Assembly (NCBI GenBank): GCA_038087875.1
Contig: JAXLNO010005735.1
Location: forward strand, 1 to 64,000
Source: Malacoraja senta
Taxonomy: Eukaryota
Length of the DNA: 64,000 bases
Direction of reading: 5' to 3'
In this document: positions 1 through 12,910 of the stretch, one piece after another
Layout of the letters: each line of letters starts with the position of its first letter
Position numbering within the stretch: the stretch's first letter is position 1
Notes under the pieces: model-generated
What the model was told of the DNA's origin: nothing
What the model saw: the letters and a program-made list of their open reading frames with translations, nothing else
The model's database searches: none
Made by a program: the position numbers and the translations under genes

Positions 1-149
1 GGACAGTACATGTACACTGTAATTACTAAGAACCATTTTTTTCACAAACATTTTAAATTGTACCCTTTTTTCCATATGTATTTTTTGAAAAATTTATTTA
101 TTCGTCGTCTCCTGGCCACCAATATTTTTAGACCCAGTCCGCCACTGCT

Positions 150-965
150 TGCGGCACTCCACTCGCCACTTCCTGCCATTCTGAAAAGGACCCGTTCACT
201 CCTACTCTTTGCTTCCGGTCTGCCAACCAATTTTCTATCCATGTCAACACCTTACCCCCAATACCATGTGCTCTAATTTTAGTCACCAGTGTCCCGTGCG
301 GGACCTTATCAAAGGCTTTCTGAAAGTCCAGGTACACTACATCCACTGGCACCCCTTCATCCATTTTACTTGTCACATCCTCAAAAAATTCCAGAAGATT
401 AGTCAAGCATGATTTCCCTTTCATAAATCCATGTTGACGGACTAATCCTTTTACTGCTATCCAAATGCCCCATTATTACCTCTTTAATAATTGACTCCAG
501 CATCTTTCCCACCACCGAAGTCAGGCTAACTGGTCTGTAATTCCCCGTTTTCTCTCTCGCTCCTTTCTTGAAAAGTGGGATAACATTAGCTATCCTCCAA
601 TCCACAGGAACTGATCCTGAATCTATTGAACATTGGAAAATGATCACCAATGCATCCACTATTTATAGAGCCACCCCCCTGAGGACCCTGGGATGCAGAC
701 CATCAGGTCCAGGGGATTTATGATCCTTCAGTCCCATTAGCCTACCCAATACTATTTCTCGCCTAATGAAAATGTATTTCAGTTCCTCTACCCCCTTAGA
801 TCCTCTGTCCTCCAGTACACCTGGGAGATTGTTTGTGTCTTCCTTAGTGAAGACAGATCCGAAGTACCTATTCAACTCTTCTGCCATTTCCTTGTTGCCC
901 ATAATAATTTCACCCGTGTCTGCCTTCAAGGGACCCACGTTTGACTTTGCTTCCGTTTTTCCCTT
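150..965 (-). mobile_element. CR1-clade LINE ORF2 (reverse transcriptase) fragment, frameshifted
   Basis: Minus ORFs 663-938, 399-659 and 128-424 give consecutive CR1 motifs ([59 protein letters not shown]) in shifting frames. Confidence 0.92.
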
Positions 966-1274
966 AACACCTTTAAGCTTCTTTACTCAATACTCTGACT
1001 GATGAAGGACAAAGTGCCAAAATATTTTTTGACCACCTGATATACCAGCGACTCAACCTTCAAGGAACCATGCAACCATCAGCCATTCCTCTGCCCACCT
1101 GGCTAATTGATCGAGATCCTGCTGCAATCTTTCACAACCATCTTCACTATTTGCAAATCCACTCACTTCTGTATCATCAGCAAACTTGCTAATCTTGCCC
1201 TGTTCTGTGACGTTTCACAGAGTGCTGGAGTAACTCAGCGGGCCAGGCTGAGTACAGAAGTTGGGAGGTCATGT

Positions 1275-1790
1275 TGCAGTTGTAGAAGTAGTTGATGAGG
1301 CCGCATTCAGAGTATTGTATTCAGTTCTGGGCACCATGTAATAGGAAAGATGTCATCAAACTGGAAAGGGTACAGTGAAGATTTACGAGGATGTTGCCAG
1401 GCCTAGAGGGCCAGAGCTGTAGGGAGAGGTTGAGTAGGCTGTGACTCTATTTCATGGAGCACATGAGGATGAGGGATGATCTAATAGAGGTGTATAAAAT
1501 CATGATTTGAATAGATATGGTTGAGTCTTTTGCACAGAGTAGGTGAATCGAGGAGCAGAGGACATAAGTTAAGGTGAAGGGGAAAAGATTTAATAGGAAT
1601 CTGACAGGTATATTGTTCACACAAAGGGTGGTAGGTGTATGGAACAAGCTGCCAGAGGAGGTAGTTGAGGCGGGGACTATCGCAACATTTAAGAAACACT
1701 TAGACAGGTACATGGATAGGACAGGTTCGGAGGGATATGGATCAAATGTGGACAGGAGGGACTAGTGTAGATGGGACATGCTGGGCCGAA
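1275..1790 (+). mobile_element. CR1 3' end fragment
   Basis: ORF 1574-1765 contains FTQRVVGVWNKLP..VVEA, the typical CR1 ORF2 C-terminus, followed by the CR1 3' UTR. Confidence 0.85.
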
Positions 1791-2769
1791 GGGCCTGTTT
1801 CCACACTGTATCTCTCTATGACTCTATCTATCTTTCCCTCTCAAACCCATTCTCCTGCCTTCTCCCCATTACCTCTGACACCTGTATCAATCAAGAATCT
1901 ATCAATCTCCTGAAAAATGTCCATTGACTTGACCTCCACAGTTGTCTGTGGCAATGAATTCCACAGTTCACCACCTTCTGACTTAAGAAATTCCTGCTCA
2001 TCTCCTTCCTAAAGGAATGTATTTTAATTCTGAGGCTGTGGCCACTGGTCCTAGACTCTCCCACTAGTGGAAACATCCTCTCCACATCCACTCCATCCAG
2101 GTTTTTACCAGACTGGGACAGACGGCAACAGCTTCACACCGTGTCCCAAAGCTTGTGTCCTGTCCTGCTTCACCCAGGCAGCAGATACATTATAGGAGAG
2201 GGCAAGCACCGTAACAAGTTAGTTCACGATGGTTTGGGTAACATTCAGGAATGTCTATGCATGTCACATCATGAATATAACTGAAGAAGGGTCTTGACCC
2301 GAAATATAATCTATACCGTTTCTCCAGAGATGCTGCCTGACTCACTGAGTTACTCCAGCACTTTGTCTATTTTCCCTTCACCCATCTGCCCAAGCCCACT
2401 CTCCCCTCTCCTTTCCTATGTTCCTTTCCACCCATAAACCTCTCTCTGCCTTTACATTTCACTCCTCTGTCAAATCTGCTCTACTTATCTACATGCATTT
2501 TTCTTCTTAACTTTTTAGTCATAGAATGATGCAGTGTGGAAACAGGCCCTTCAGCCCAACTTGCCCACACCAACCAACATGTCCCATCTACACTAGTCCC
2601 ACTCACATGCGTGTGGCCCATATCCACGTAAACCTGTCCTATTGATGTACGTGTCCAAATGTCTCTTAAACATTAGGATAGTCCCAGCCTTAACTACCTC
2701 CTCTGGCAGCTTGTTCCATACACCCACCACCATTTGTGTGAAAAAGCTAACTCTCAGATTCCTGTTAAT

Positions 2770-3007
2770 TTCTGAAATATTGGTCATGAATTTGATGCGA
2801 AAATGCTCCAAAATAAGGCTCAGAATGCATCAGAGAGCATCTAAAACCCCTGAGCTTCCAGGGCCCTTAAGCGGGCCCTGGACCGCGGCATCGAGGGACT
2901 TCACGCTTCACGCTTGTGATGTGCACAGCGCGCACATTATTTCACATTACAATCTTTTGTGATCCTGTCATGCCACCCCCCTTTTTGAAAAGCTTCGTAC
3001 GGGCCTG
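2770..3007. mobile_element. Single end of a probable hAT-like non-autonomous DNA transposon
   Basis: Ends in ...TTCGTACGGGCCTG (reverse complement CAGGCCCG..., hAT-like terminus) with an internal hairpin CAGGGCCC..GGGCCCTG. No partner end was seen. Confidence 0.35.
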
Positions 3008-3302
3008 AGTTAGGAAGGCATGTTGGTGCTTTACAGGTCATCAGCCACTGTGTAGCACTGGGAGATGGTACTGGTGAGTACAGTTTAGTCCTGGCACAGC
3101 AGTGTGTACTGATAGGGACAGATCTATCACTGCATAACAGAGAATGCTGGAGAAACTCAAGAGGTCAGGCAGCATCTGTGGAGTGAATGGACAGACAACA
3201 TTTTTAGTTGGGACTATTCTTCACACGGATTGTAGTATGGGGGGAGAAAGCTGGAAAAGAAAGCTGCCGTCCAAAAAAGAAAACTTGAATAAGCCCTTGA
3301 TA

Positions 3303-3817
3303 TAAGCCTGGCCGATTGTTTCACTGAACACCTTCACTCATTCCGCCTGGACCTACCTGATCTCCCGGTTCCCAAACACTTTACTTCCCCTTCCCATTCC
3401 CACACTGACCTTTCAGTCCTGGGCCTCCTCTTTTGTCAGAGTGAGGCCAAACGCAAATTAGAGGAACAGCATCTCATATTTCACTTGGGCAGATTACAAC
3501 CAGTGGTATGAATATTGAGTTCTCTGACTTCATAATCCCTGCATTCCCTCTCTCTCCATCCCTCCCCCACCCAAGTCGTACCAGCTTCAAAGTCCCTTCT
3601 CACCTAACAAACAGCTAACAATGGCCTGTTTTCTTTATCATCATTACTTTTGTGCATATCTTTCATTGATTTGATCTATAGCTCTCTACATCACCGTCTA
3701 TATCTCCCGTTTCCCTTTCCCCAGTCTGAAGAAGGGTCTCAACCCGAAATGTCACCTTTTCTCCAGAGATGCTATCTGACCCGGTGAGTTACTCCAGCTT
3801 TTTGTGTCTATCTTCAG
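3303..3817 (+). mobile_element. Penelope-like element 3' fragment (GIY-YIG C-terminus plus terminal repeat with hammerhead-like core at 3726)
   Basis: Translates to RLADCFTEHL..DLPDLPVPKHF.SPSH..DLSVLGLL. Colinear with the GIY-YIG copies at 45 kb and 55 kb. Confidence 0.85.
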
Positions 3818-4524
3818 TGTAAGCTATAGCTTGCAAAAGGGTGGTTAATAAATATTATGTGAATGCTGCAGTGGGATTAAACAATGTCGACAATTGATGC
3901 GTAACTGACAGGAAGCAAAACTTTTTGTAAAATATCTCCTTTGTTCTGGAGGTGCATAACAATGTTGTCACTGCCCCTGTAGCATCTGGTGCCCTCTTGT
4001 GGTCAAAGTGACAGTAATCTGGAGGTTGCTGTCCACAGATATTTTATTACAAATTTGGAACAAACAAAACTGATGCTGGGTCTCATCCCGGAATGTCAAT
4101 AATTTCCTCCCTCCCCACAGATGCTGCTCGACCGCTGAGTTCCCCTAGGCTCCAGCAGTTTGTTTGTTGCTCCACATTATGAGAGGCGTAGACAGTCAGA
4201 ACCATTTCACCAGTTTGGAAATGCTCAACTTTAGAGGCCAGAGCTAGAAAGTGAAAGGGGGAAGGTTTAATGGAGAAGTAGAGGGCATGTTTCTTTATAC
4301 AGTGGGCGGGCGGGGGGGGGGGGCTGGAACGCACTGTATGGGTGGTGGTAGTGCAGATATGATAGTAGGATTTAAGAGACTTTCAGATAGGCACATGGAA
4401 GTGCGGGGAATAGAGGGATATGGGTCATGTACAGGCAGATAAGATCAGTTTAAGTAGGCATCATGTTGGCACAAACATTGTGGGCCAAAGGGCCATATTG
4501 TTCTATTCTAAATTTAATTTCATT

Positions 4525-4836
4525 TTGTTTAGTTTTAGAGATACAGCGCTGAAATAGTCCCTACTTCCTACTGAGTCCGCGCCGACCAGCGATCCCCATA
4601 CACCAGCACCATCCGACACAGGTGAGACAATTTACCATTGTTTTTACCGAAGGACAATAACTTACAAACCTGTATGTCTTTGGAGTGTGGGAGGAAATCA
4701 GAGCTCCCGGAGAAATCCCATGTGATCACGGGGAGAACATACAAACTCCTTACTGACAGCACCCGTTGTCAGGATCGAACCCGGGTCTCTGGCGCTGTAA
4801 GGCAGCAGCTCCACCTCTGCGCCATTGTGCCACCCC
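4525..4836 (-). mobile_element. tRNA-derived SINE (HE1/V-SINE type)
   Basis: Reverse complement starts GGGTGGCACAATGGCGCAGAGG (A box) ... GGTTCGATCC (B box) and ends in a CR1-like tail. At least 15 further copies lie in the window (e.g. 19400-19690, 20870-21185, 21245-21530, 27840-28145, 44000-44300, 49450-49750). Confidence 0.85.
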
Positions 4837-4959
4837 TAAATATGTTCACTATTCTATTGCAGAATCTCCAATCTCTCCCTCAATGTCAGCAAAGTGAATT
4901 TGAAGGAGGTAGTTATCGACTGCTGGAAGGAAGATGGTGTTCTAGCCATAAGCTTCTGG

Positions 4960-5465
4960 GATGCACCGCAGCGGCAGAAGCAAATTACCACGGATCGACC
5001 AGGCGGCCGCCGAGAACAAAGATAGACTCGGCCGGTCGCCTGTAGCCATATGTGCCGGCAGGTTTGGTTCGCCGGTGTGAAGAGCAACCCGGTGGAAGCT
5101 GCTGAGCTTGGCCCCGAAACCCGGAGAGTCGTGGAGGAGGGAACCGCTGCCGCCGACGGACGCAAGGAGTGGGCCGCTAAGAGAGGGACTGAGGTATTAC
5201 CTCCAGGATAGGGGTTGCCTCCCGGGACACAGAGCCAGATGGGCGACGAGAGGGACGTCAGTTGGCGGGCCGAGCTGGTCGAGGGTGACGGAGGTGGCCC
5301 CCCTGGCAATGAGCTAACCTGGATCGGGGGTCTCCAGTAAATCCAACATACAGACCGGACATTGGACTTTTTCTTTTTCTTTTGTAAATACTGCCAAATT
5401 ATGGCGACGGGAGCAAGAATTTCACTGTGCAGTGCACAAGTGACAATAAAGAATCATTGACACAT
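4960..5465 (+). mobile_element. GC/CpG-rich non-coding retroposon with a LINE-like 3' tail
   Basis: CpG-rich body ending in GAATTTCACTGT..GTGACAATAAA plus a short repeat tail, similar to the Rex1 3' end at 54095-54141. Confidence 0.55.
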
Positions 5466-7796
5466 TGAAGTCAGAATCAATAGTGTAGAAGTGCGAGTGC
5501 TGAAGTGGGAATGGTGAAGAACTTCAAATTCCTCGGCATGAACAACCTGTTGCATTTTAGTCACTGGGGCAGAACTTTGAAAATAATGAACGTTTAACAA
5601 TCCATCTGCAGCACTGATTAGAAACATAGAAAGCAGGTGCAGGAGTAGGTCATTAGGCCCTTCAAGCCAGCACCGTCATTCAATATGATCATGGCTGAGC
5701 ATCCAGAATCAGTACCCTGTTCCTGCTTTCTCCCCATATCCCTTGATTCTGTAGCACTAAGATCTAACTCTCCCTTGAATACATCCAGTGAATTGCCTCC
5801 ACTGCCTTCTGTGGCAGAGAATTCCACAGATTCACAACTTTCTGGGAGAAAATGTTTTTCCTCATCTCAGTCCTAAATGGCCTACCCTTTATTCGTAAAC
5901 TGTGACCCCTGGTTCTGGACTCCCCCAATATCGGGAAATTTTTTCCTGCATCTAACTGTCCAATCCCTAAGGAATTTTATGTCCCTAAGGAATTAATAAG
6001 AGCCCATGTCATCCTAAATTCCAATGAATATAAGCCCAGTCAGTCCATTCTTTCATCACATGTTTGTCCTGCCATACCGGGACAATAAATATTTTACTTT
6101 TTTATGAACAATATCCTTGATTTTATTGCTTTAAAAAAAAAATTCTGTTCCAGTCCCACCACTAAGATTTTTGCTGTATAATTGTTTGGGTCCTTTCCGC
6201 CTTCAATCAATTGAAAGCCAGAGTGGTAAAGAAGCCACTATTCATAGCATTGAGTATAAGAGTCAGGAAGTCATATGCTGCTTTATGGAACTTCAAAGAT
6301 AGACACAAAATGCTGGAGTAACTCAGCGGGACAGGCAGCATCTCTGGATAGAAGGAATGGGTGACATTTCTGGTTGAGTCCCTTCAGGCTGAAGAGGAAA
6401 GGGAGACATGGAGATAAGGAAGTGTAAGGTATGAAAGAATGACATCAAAGGAGATGTAGTTCAAGGAAAATGTAGAATAGATCATTGTTAGCTAGGAGAG
6501 GGTGTGAACGAAGCAGACAGATAATTTTTAATCAGGGGGGCAGTCAGACTGGTCGGAGAATAGAACTTCAGATAGGCGACTTTTAGAATATTATCGGCAT
6601 TTCTAGTTGCCCCAATGCAGGATGAATTTGGAAGCATGGAATTAGTGCAGAGGTGGTTTGCCAGAATGATGCACAGATTAGATATTAGCTAGAAGGAGAG
6701 GTTGGACAGACTTAGATTGTAATCGCTAGAATGCTGGAGGTTGATAAAAGTATATAAAACTATGAGAGGCATAGATGGGATAGAGAGTCAGAAACTTTTC
6801 CACAGGGTGGAAAGTAATGGAGAGCATAGTTTTCAGGTGAGTGGGACATGGTGTAAAGGGCCATGTATTAATAGAAGGCTCAATGAGAGATTTCTGCACT
6901 GATGTTGAGACTGTGCTGCACGTTTACACCTAGACACAACTTTAAACTGAGCTCATGTCTCTCCTCCCAGCTGAAAAAAAAGACGCATGGTATTACCTCA
7001 AATAAGGGCTGGGAAATTATTACACATGCATTGTCCAATTTTTATTACTTAAGCAATAACAGTAAAGTGGACTAAAGACAGACACAAAAATGTTAGATGG
7101 AGCTCTAGGGGCTGGTGGAATCAAGGGATATGGGGAGAAGGCAGGCATTCATTGGGGACGATCAGCCATGATCACCATGAATGGCGGTGCTGGCTCCAAG
7201 GGCTGAATGGCCTCCTCCTGCACCTATTTTCTATGCTTCTAAAAAGATGGAGTAACTCAGCAGGTCAGGCAGCACTTCTGGGAAAAAGGAAAAGGTGACG
7301 ATTTGTGTCGAGACCCTTCCCGAAATGTCACCTACTCCTTTCCCCCAGAAATGCTGCCTGACCAGCTGAGTTACTCCAGCTTTTTGCATCTGCCTACAGT
7401 AAAACAAGCATCTGCAGTTCCTTCCTACACAGTAAAGTAGACTATCTGGTTTATCTAAAACTGCAGTTTGTGGAATTGACTGCATTCTGAATTGTAAAAT
7501 AGTTATACTTTGAGAAACATCTATTCGGTTGTAAGATGCTATGTGAAATATGATTTTGTAATTGTTGTCCTTAAAACACCAATATAATCCCTACCATAAA
7601 ACCTGATCCTTAAACTGTATTCACTGGTAATTAGTGACCAGAACAAGTGGTCTCATTCCCATTGTTATCAGGTTTGTGTACACATGGACCAATAATTAGC
7701 TTCACAGCAGAGTTCTGTTAAAAAAGTACAAGAGATTAAGTTACTGTTGCTGCATTTACTCTCCTGGTTAAATAGTGCTGTGGGCGGCTGTTAAAC

Positions 7797-7848
7797 ATGC
7801 TTCTTTTTACCTTACTCAACACTTACGGTGTGGCCACTGTCTCCTCTG
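7797..7848 (+). CDS. MHC class I exon 1: signal peptide MLLFTLLNTYGVATVSS
   Basis: ATG at 7797, 17 codons plus G, then donor GTAAGC. Phase 1 joins alpha1 as G+AT=Asp. CCAAT at about 7689 and GGGCGG at about 7782 lie upstream. Confidence 0.75.
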
Positions 7849-8149
7849 GTAAGCAATGCTCCTTCTACTTGTGAACTTTGAGGAAACAACAAAACTGATT
7901 CTATTTACTGTTGCACAGTCCCTGTGTTTGCCCTGGGTACATTGTCTTGGATGTATTAATTGAATGATTGAATTGAATGTATTAATAATTTTGGGTAACG
8001 GTCATTCCTGAGTTGTAAAAGCACCTGTGGGAAGTTATATACACTATGGTTACCTTGGCAATCCAATGAACAGAGGAACTGAATACAGGTAAATAATGAA
8101 CATAGAACATAGGACAATACAGCACAGGAGCAGTTCCTTCAGTCCTTCA

Positions 8150-8183
8150 GTCTGAAGAAGGGTCTCGACCTGAAACGTCACCC
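8150..8183 (+). ncRNA. Minimal type-I hammerhead-ribozyme-like motif in a Penelope-derived repeat
   Basis: CTGAAGA-A-GGGT(CTCG)ACCT-GAAAC-GTC: conserved core, stem II with a G-U closing pair, palindromic ACGT stem III and a GUC cleavage triplet. Confidence 0.6.
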
Positions 8184-8884
8184 ATTCCTTTTATCCAGAG
8201 ATGCTGCCTGACCTGCTGAGTTACTCCAGCATTTTGTCTACCTTCGCCCACAATGTCTGTGCCGAACAAAATAAACTAATCTCCTCTACCTGTATGTGAT
8301 CTGTATCCGGCCATTCCCTGCCTATCTATGTACCTATCTAAAAGCCTCTGAAATGTAACTGTTATATCTGCCACCACCATCACCACCACTGGCAGCGCAG
8401 TACAGGTGTCCACCACCCTCCACATAAAACAACTTGCTCCGCTCATCTCCTTTGAACATTGCTTCTCCAACCTTAAAGTGATGTTCTCTGGTCTTCAACA
8501 TTTCCACCCTGGGAAAAAGGTTCTGGCTGTCCACTCTGTCTGTGCCTCTCACCATGTTATGCACTTTCATCAGGTCTCCCTTCAACCTCCAGTATACAAG
8601 AGAAAACAATCCATGTTTGTCCAATCTGTTCTTGCACTAATACCTCAGACAGAATTCAGGTAAACCGGTGATGTGCACTTTCAATAAAGAAGTGACTTCT
8701 GCATTAGTAGGTGTTCCACCTCTCCAAGATTTCCTCAGCTGGTGTTAGACACCCACATGATGGTAAAATTCAGCCTGCATCAAATGACAAATCAATGTTG
8801 TGTTAATGTTGTTGCCATCTTGTTGTTTGTTGCATGCTTCCTGTACTGCAGACCCTATCCATTACATCACCACCACTTCCATAT

Positions 8885-11755
8885 AACGATATAATCATAT
8901 AACCATTACAGCACGGAAACAGGCCATCTCGGCCCTTCAAGTCCGTGCCGAACACTTTTTTTTTCCTTCCCCCTTCTTTCTTCTTACTTCCCCCTAGTCC
9001 CATCTACCTGCACCCAGACCATATCCTTCCATTCCTTTCCCGTCCATATACCCATCCAATCTATTTTTAAAGGATAAAATCGAACCTGCCTCCACCACTT
9101 CCACTGGAAGCTCATTCCACACAGCTACCACTCTCTGAGTAAAGAAGTTCCCCCTAATGTTCCCCCTAAACTTCTGTCCCTTAATTCTCAAGTCATGTCC
9201 CCTTGTTTGAATCTTCCCTACTCTCAATGGGAAAAGCTTATCCACGTCAACTCTGTCTAACCCGCTCATAATTTTAAAGACCTCTATCAAGTCCCCTCTT
9301 AACCTTCTGCACTCCAAAGAATAAAGCCCTAACTTGTTCAACCTTTCTCTGTAACTTAGTTGCTGAAACCCAGGCAACATTCTAGTAAATCTCCTCTGTA
9401 CTCTCTCTATTTTGTTGACATCCTTCCTATAATTAGGCGACCAAAATAGTACACCATACTCCAGAATTGGCCTCACCAATGCCTTGTACAATTTTAACAT
9501 TACATCCCAACTTCTATATTCAATGCTCTGATTTATAAAGGCCAGCACACCAAAAGCTTTCTTTACCACACTATCTACATGAGATTCCACCTTCAGGGAA
9601 CTATGCACAGTTATTCCTAGATCCCTCTGTTCAACTGCATTCCTCAATTCGCTACCATTTACCATGTACGTCCTATTTTGATTTGTCCTGCCGAGATGTA
9701 GCACCTCACATTTATCAGCATTAAACTCCATCTGCCATCTTTCAGCCCACTCTTCCAAATGGCCTAAATCTCTCTGTAGACTTTGAAAATCTACTTCATT
9801 ATCCACAACACCACCTATCTTAGTATCATCTGCATACTTACTAAATCCAATTTTCCACACCATCATCCAGATCATTGATGTACATGACAAACAACAGTGG
9901 ACCCAACACAGACCCCTGAGGCACCCCACTGGTCACCGGCCTCCAACCTGACAAACAGCCATCCACCATTACTCTCTGGCATCTCCCATTCAGCCACTGT
10001 TGAATCCATCTTGCTACTCCACCATTAATACCGAACAATTGAATCTTCTTAACCAACCTTCCATGAGGAACCTTGTCAAAGGCCTTACTGAAGTCCATAT
10101 AGACAACATCCACTGCTTTACCCTCATCAATTTCGCTAGTAACCTCTTCGCAAAATTCAAGAAGATTAGTCAAACATGACCTTCCAGGCACAAATCCATG
10201 TTGACTGTTCCTAATCAGACCCTGCTTATCCAGATGCTTATATATATTATCTCTAAGTATCCTTTCCATTAATTTGCCCACCACTGACGTCAAACTAACA
10301 GGTCTATAATTGCTTTGTTTACTCTCACAACCCTTTTTAAACAACGGAACAACATGCGCAGTACGCCAATCCTCCGGCACTATTCCTGTAACAATGACAT
10401 TTGAAATATTTTTGTCATAGCCCCTGCTATTTCTACACTAACTTCCCTCACTGTCCTAGAAAATATCCTGTCAGGACCTGGAGACTTATCCATTTTCATA
10501 TTTTTCAAAAGTGTCCGCACCTCCTCTTATTTGAATCTCATAGTTTCCATTGCTACTCTGCTTGTTTCCCTTACCTCACATAATTCCATATCCTTCTCCT
10601 TGGTGAATACCGAAGAAAAAAAATTGTTCAATATCTCCCCCATCTCTTTTGGCTCTGCAGATAGCTGTCCACTCTGACTCTCTAATGGACCAATTTTATT
10701 CCTTGTTATCCTTTTTCTATTAATATAGCTGTAGAAACCCTTTGGATTTACTTTCACCTTACTTGCAAAAGCAACCTCATATCTTCTTTTAGCTTTTCTA
10801 ATTTATTTCTTAATATTCTTTTTACATTCTTTATACTCCTCAAGCACCTCATTTACTCCATGCTGGCAATAATTATTGTAGATCTCTCTCTTTTTCCGAA
10901 CCAAGTGTCCAATTTCCCTTGAAAACCATGGCTCTTTCCAATTTTTACTATTTCCTTTCAACCGAACAGGGACATAAAGATTCTGTACTCTTAAAATGTC
11001 ACCTTTAAATGTCCTCCATTTCTCTACTACATCCTTCCCATAAAACAACATGTCCCAATTCACTCCTTTTAAATCCTTTCGCATCTCCTCAAAGTTAGAC
11101 TTTCTCCAATCAAAAATTTTAACCCTAGGTCCAGTTCTGATCCTCTCCATAATTATATTGAAACTAATGGTATTGTGATCACTGGACCCGAAGTGCTCCC
11201 CAACGCCCACCTCCGCCACCTGCCCTGTCTCATTTCCTAACAGGAGGTCCAGCACTGCCCCTTCTTTAGTAGGTACCTCTATGTATTGCTGCAAAAAACT
11301 ATCCTGCGCACATTTTACAAATTCCAAACCATCCAGCCCTTTTACAGTATGTGTTTCCCAGTCTAAGTGTGGAAAATTGAAATCTCCCACAATCACTACC
11401 TTGTGCTTACTACTAATATCTGCTATCTCCTTACATATTTGCTCTTCCAATTCTTGCTCCCCATTAGGCAGTCTATAATACACCCCTATATGTGTTGCTA
11501 CACCTTTCCCATTTCTCAGTTCCACCCAAATAGCCTCCCTAGACGAGCCCTCTACTCTATCCTGCCAAAGCACTGCTGTAATATCTTCCTTGACAAGCAA
11601 TGCAACACCCCCACCTCTTGACCCTCCAATTCTATCACACCAGAAGCAACGAAATCCTGGAATATTTAGTTTCCAATCACAGCCCTCCTGCAACCATGTG
11701 TCACTGATCGCCACAACAACATACTTCCAGGTGTCAATCCAGGCTCTATCCACGA
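8885..11755 (-). mobile_element. Near-complete CR1 ORF2 (AP endonuclease plus RT) with 3' UTR, few frameshifts
   Basis: ORFs 10803-11753 (APE: ISDTWL, VGDFNFP, LDLLL, SDHN), 10527-10757, 9841-10380 and 8994-9929 ([20 protein letters not shown]). Antisense in class I intron 1. Confidence 0.97.
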
Positions 11756-12877
11756 CTTCCCCAGAAGACGATAATGAGATTTAAGAAGCTTGAGGATAGG
11801 CACGTGGATATGTAGGGACTTGAGGGATATGAATCATGTACAAGCAGTTTAGTTTAACTTGACATCATGTTCGGCACAGACATTGTGGCTGAGCTCTAAC
11901 CCATTACACCCTTAATGAACAAAAATATATCAATCTAAATCTGGAAATTTTCAAGTGGGCGACATATTCAACAGATTACAGAATCGAGCACCAGAAGACA
12001 TAGGTTTAAATTGAGGGGGGGGGGAGATTTAATGGGAATCTGATGAGCAATTTCTTCCCACACAATGCTTCCTTTCTAACTATTCTGACAATCGTGAAGG
12101 CTTGGAGATTACAAACCTACTCATCCTGAAAGTTTAATCCCATTGTTATCAGATGAAAGTAAATATAAAATGGTGATTCCCCTGTTGAAATAATAACATA
12201 TAAAACAAAAATCCTTGGTTGTGGAGTGTTTTGGGAAGTCACGTGGATTTTATCATTACTGTATTCCACTAGCCTTCTTATGTTTCTCCTGGTAACACTG
12301 AAACAGACACTTCTAACTCTCCCTTTGGGGCCCCTTCTCACCTCACTTTGACACTGAACTTTGACACTGTCTGGTGTGCTGCATGGAAACTTTATCACAG
12401 AACAAATACTGCTTATTCATGTAGAAACAAGAAAATGCAGATGCTGGTTAATACACATAAAATGCTGGAGTAATTCAGCAGGTCAGGCAGTATGTCTGGA
12501 GAACATGGATAGGTGATGTTTCAGTTTAGACATCAGTTTAGATGTGTAAGAAGGAACTGCAGATGCTGATTTAAACCGAAGATAGACACAAAAAGCTGGA
12601 GTAACTCAGCGGGACAGGCAGCATCTCTGGAGAGACGAAATGGGTGATGTTTCGCGTCTAGACCCTTCTTCAGACTGGTGATGCAGATGCTGGTTTACAC
12701 CGAAGATAGACACAAAAAGCTGGAGTAAATCAGGAAGTCAGGCAGCATCGCTGGAGAAAAGGAATAGATGGCGTTTCAGGTCAAGGCACTTCTTCAGACA
12801 GAGTCGGGGGTATATCTTTTATTAATTTGTTCTATGTACCTTTTCATATCGCTTGGTTCCCTGTCTCCTGATTCTCA

Positions 12878-12910
12878 GTCTGAAGAAGGGTCTCGACCCG
12901 AAACGTCACC
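12878..12910 (+). ncRNA. Minimal type-I hammerhead-ribozyme-like motif (best-conserved copy)
   Basis: GT-CTGAAGA-A-GGGT(CTCG)ACCC-GAAAC-GTC-ACC: intact core, 4-bp stem II, ACGT palindrome. Stem I is only 2 bp. Confidence 0.65.

Noticed and set aside
4525-4836. A/B boxes suggesting tRNA genes
   Set aside because: They are SINE heads: no complete cloverleaf, and each continues into a SINE body and LINE tail.
4854-5309. 151-aa minus ORF and other long ORFs in GC-rich patches (22778-23438, 50865-51354 alternative frames, 60037-60529)
   Set aside because: Stop-poor GC-rich repeat sequence that is open in several frames at once, with low-complexity P/S/A/R peptides and no domain.
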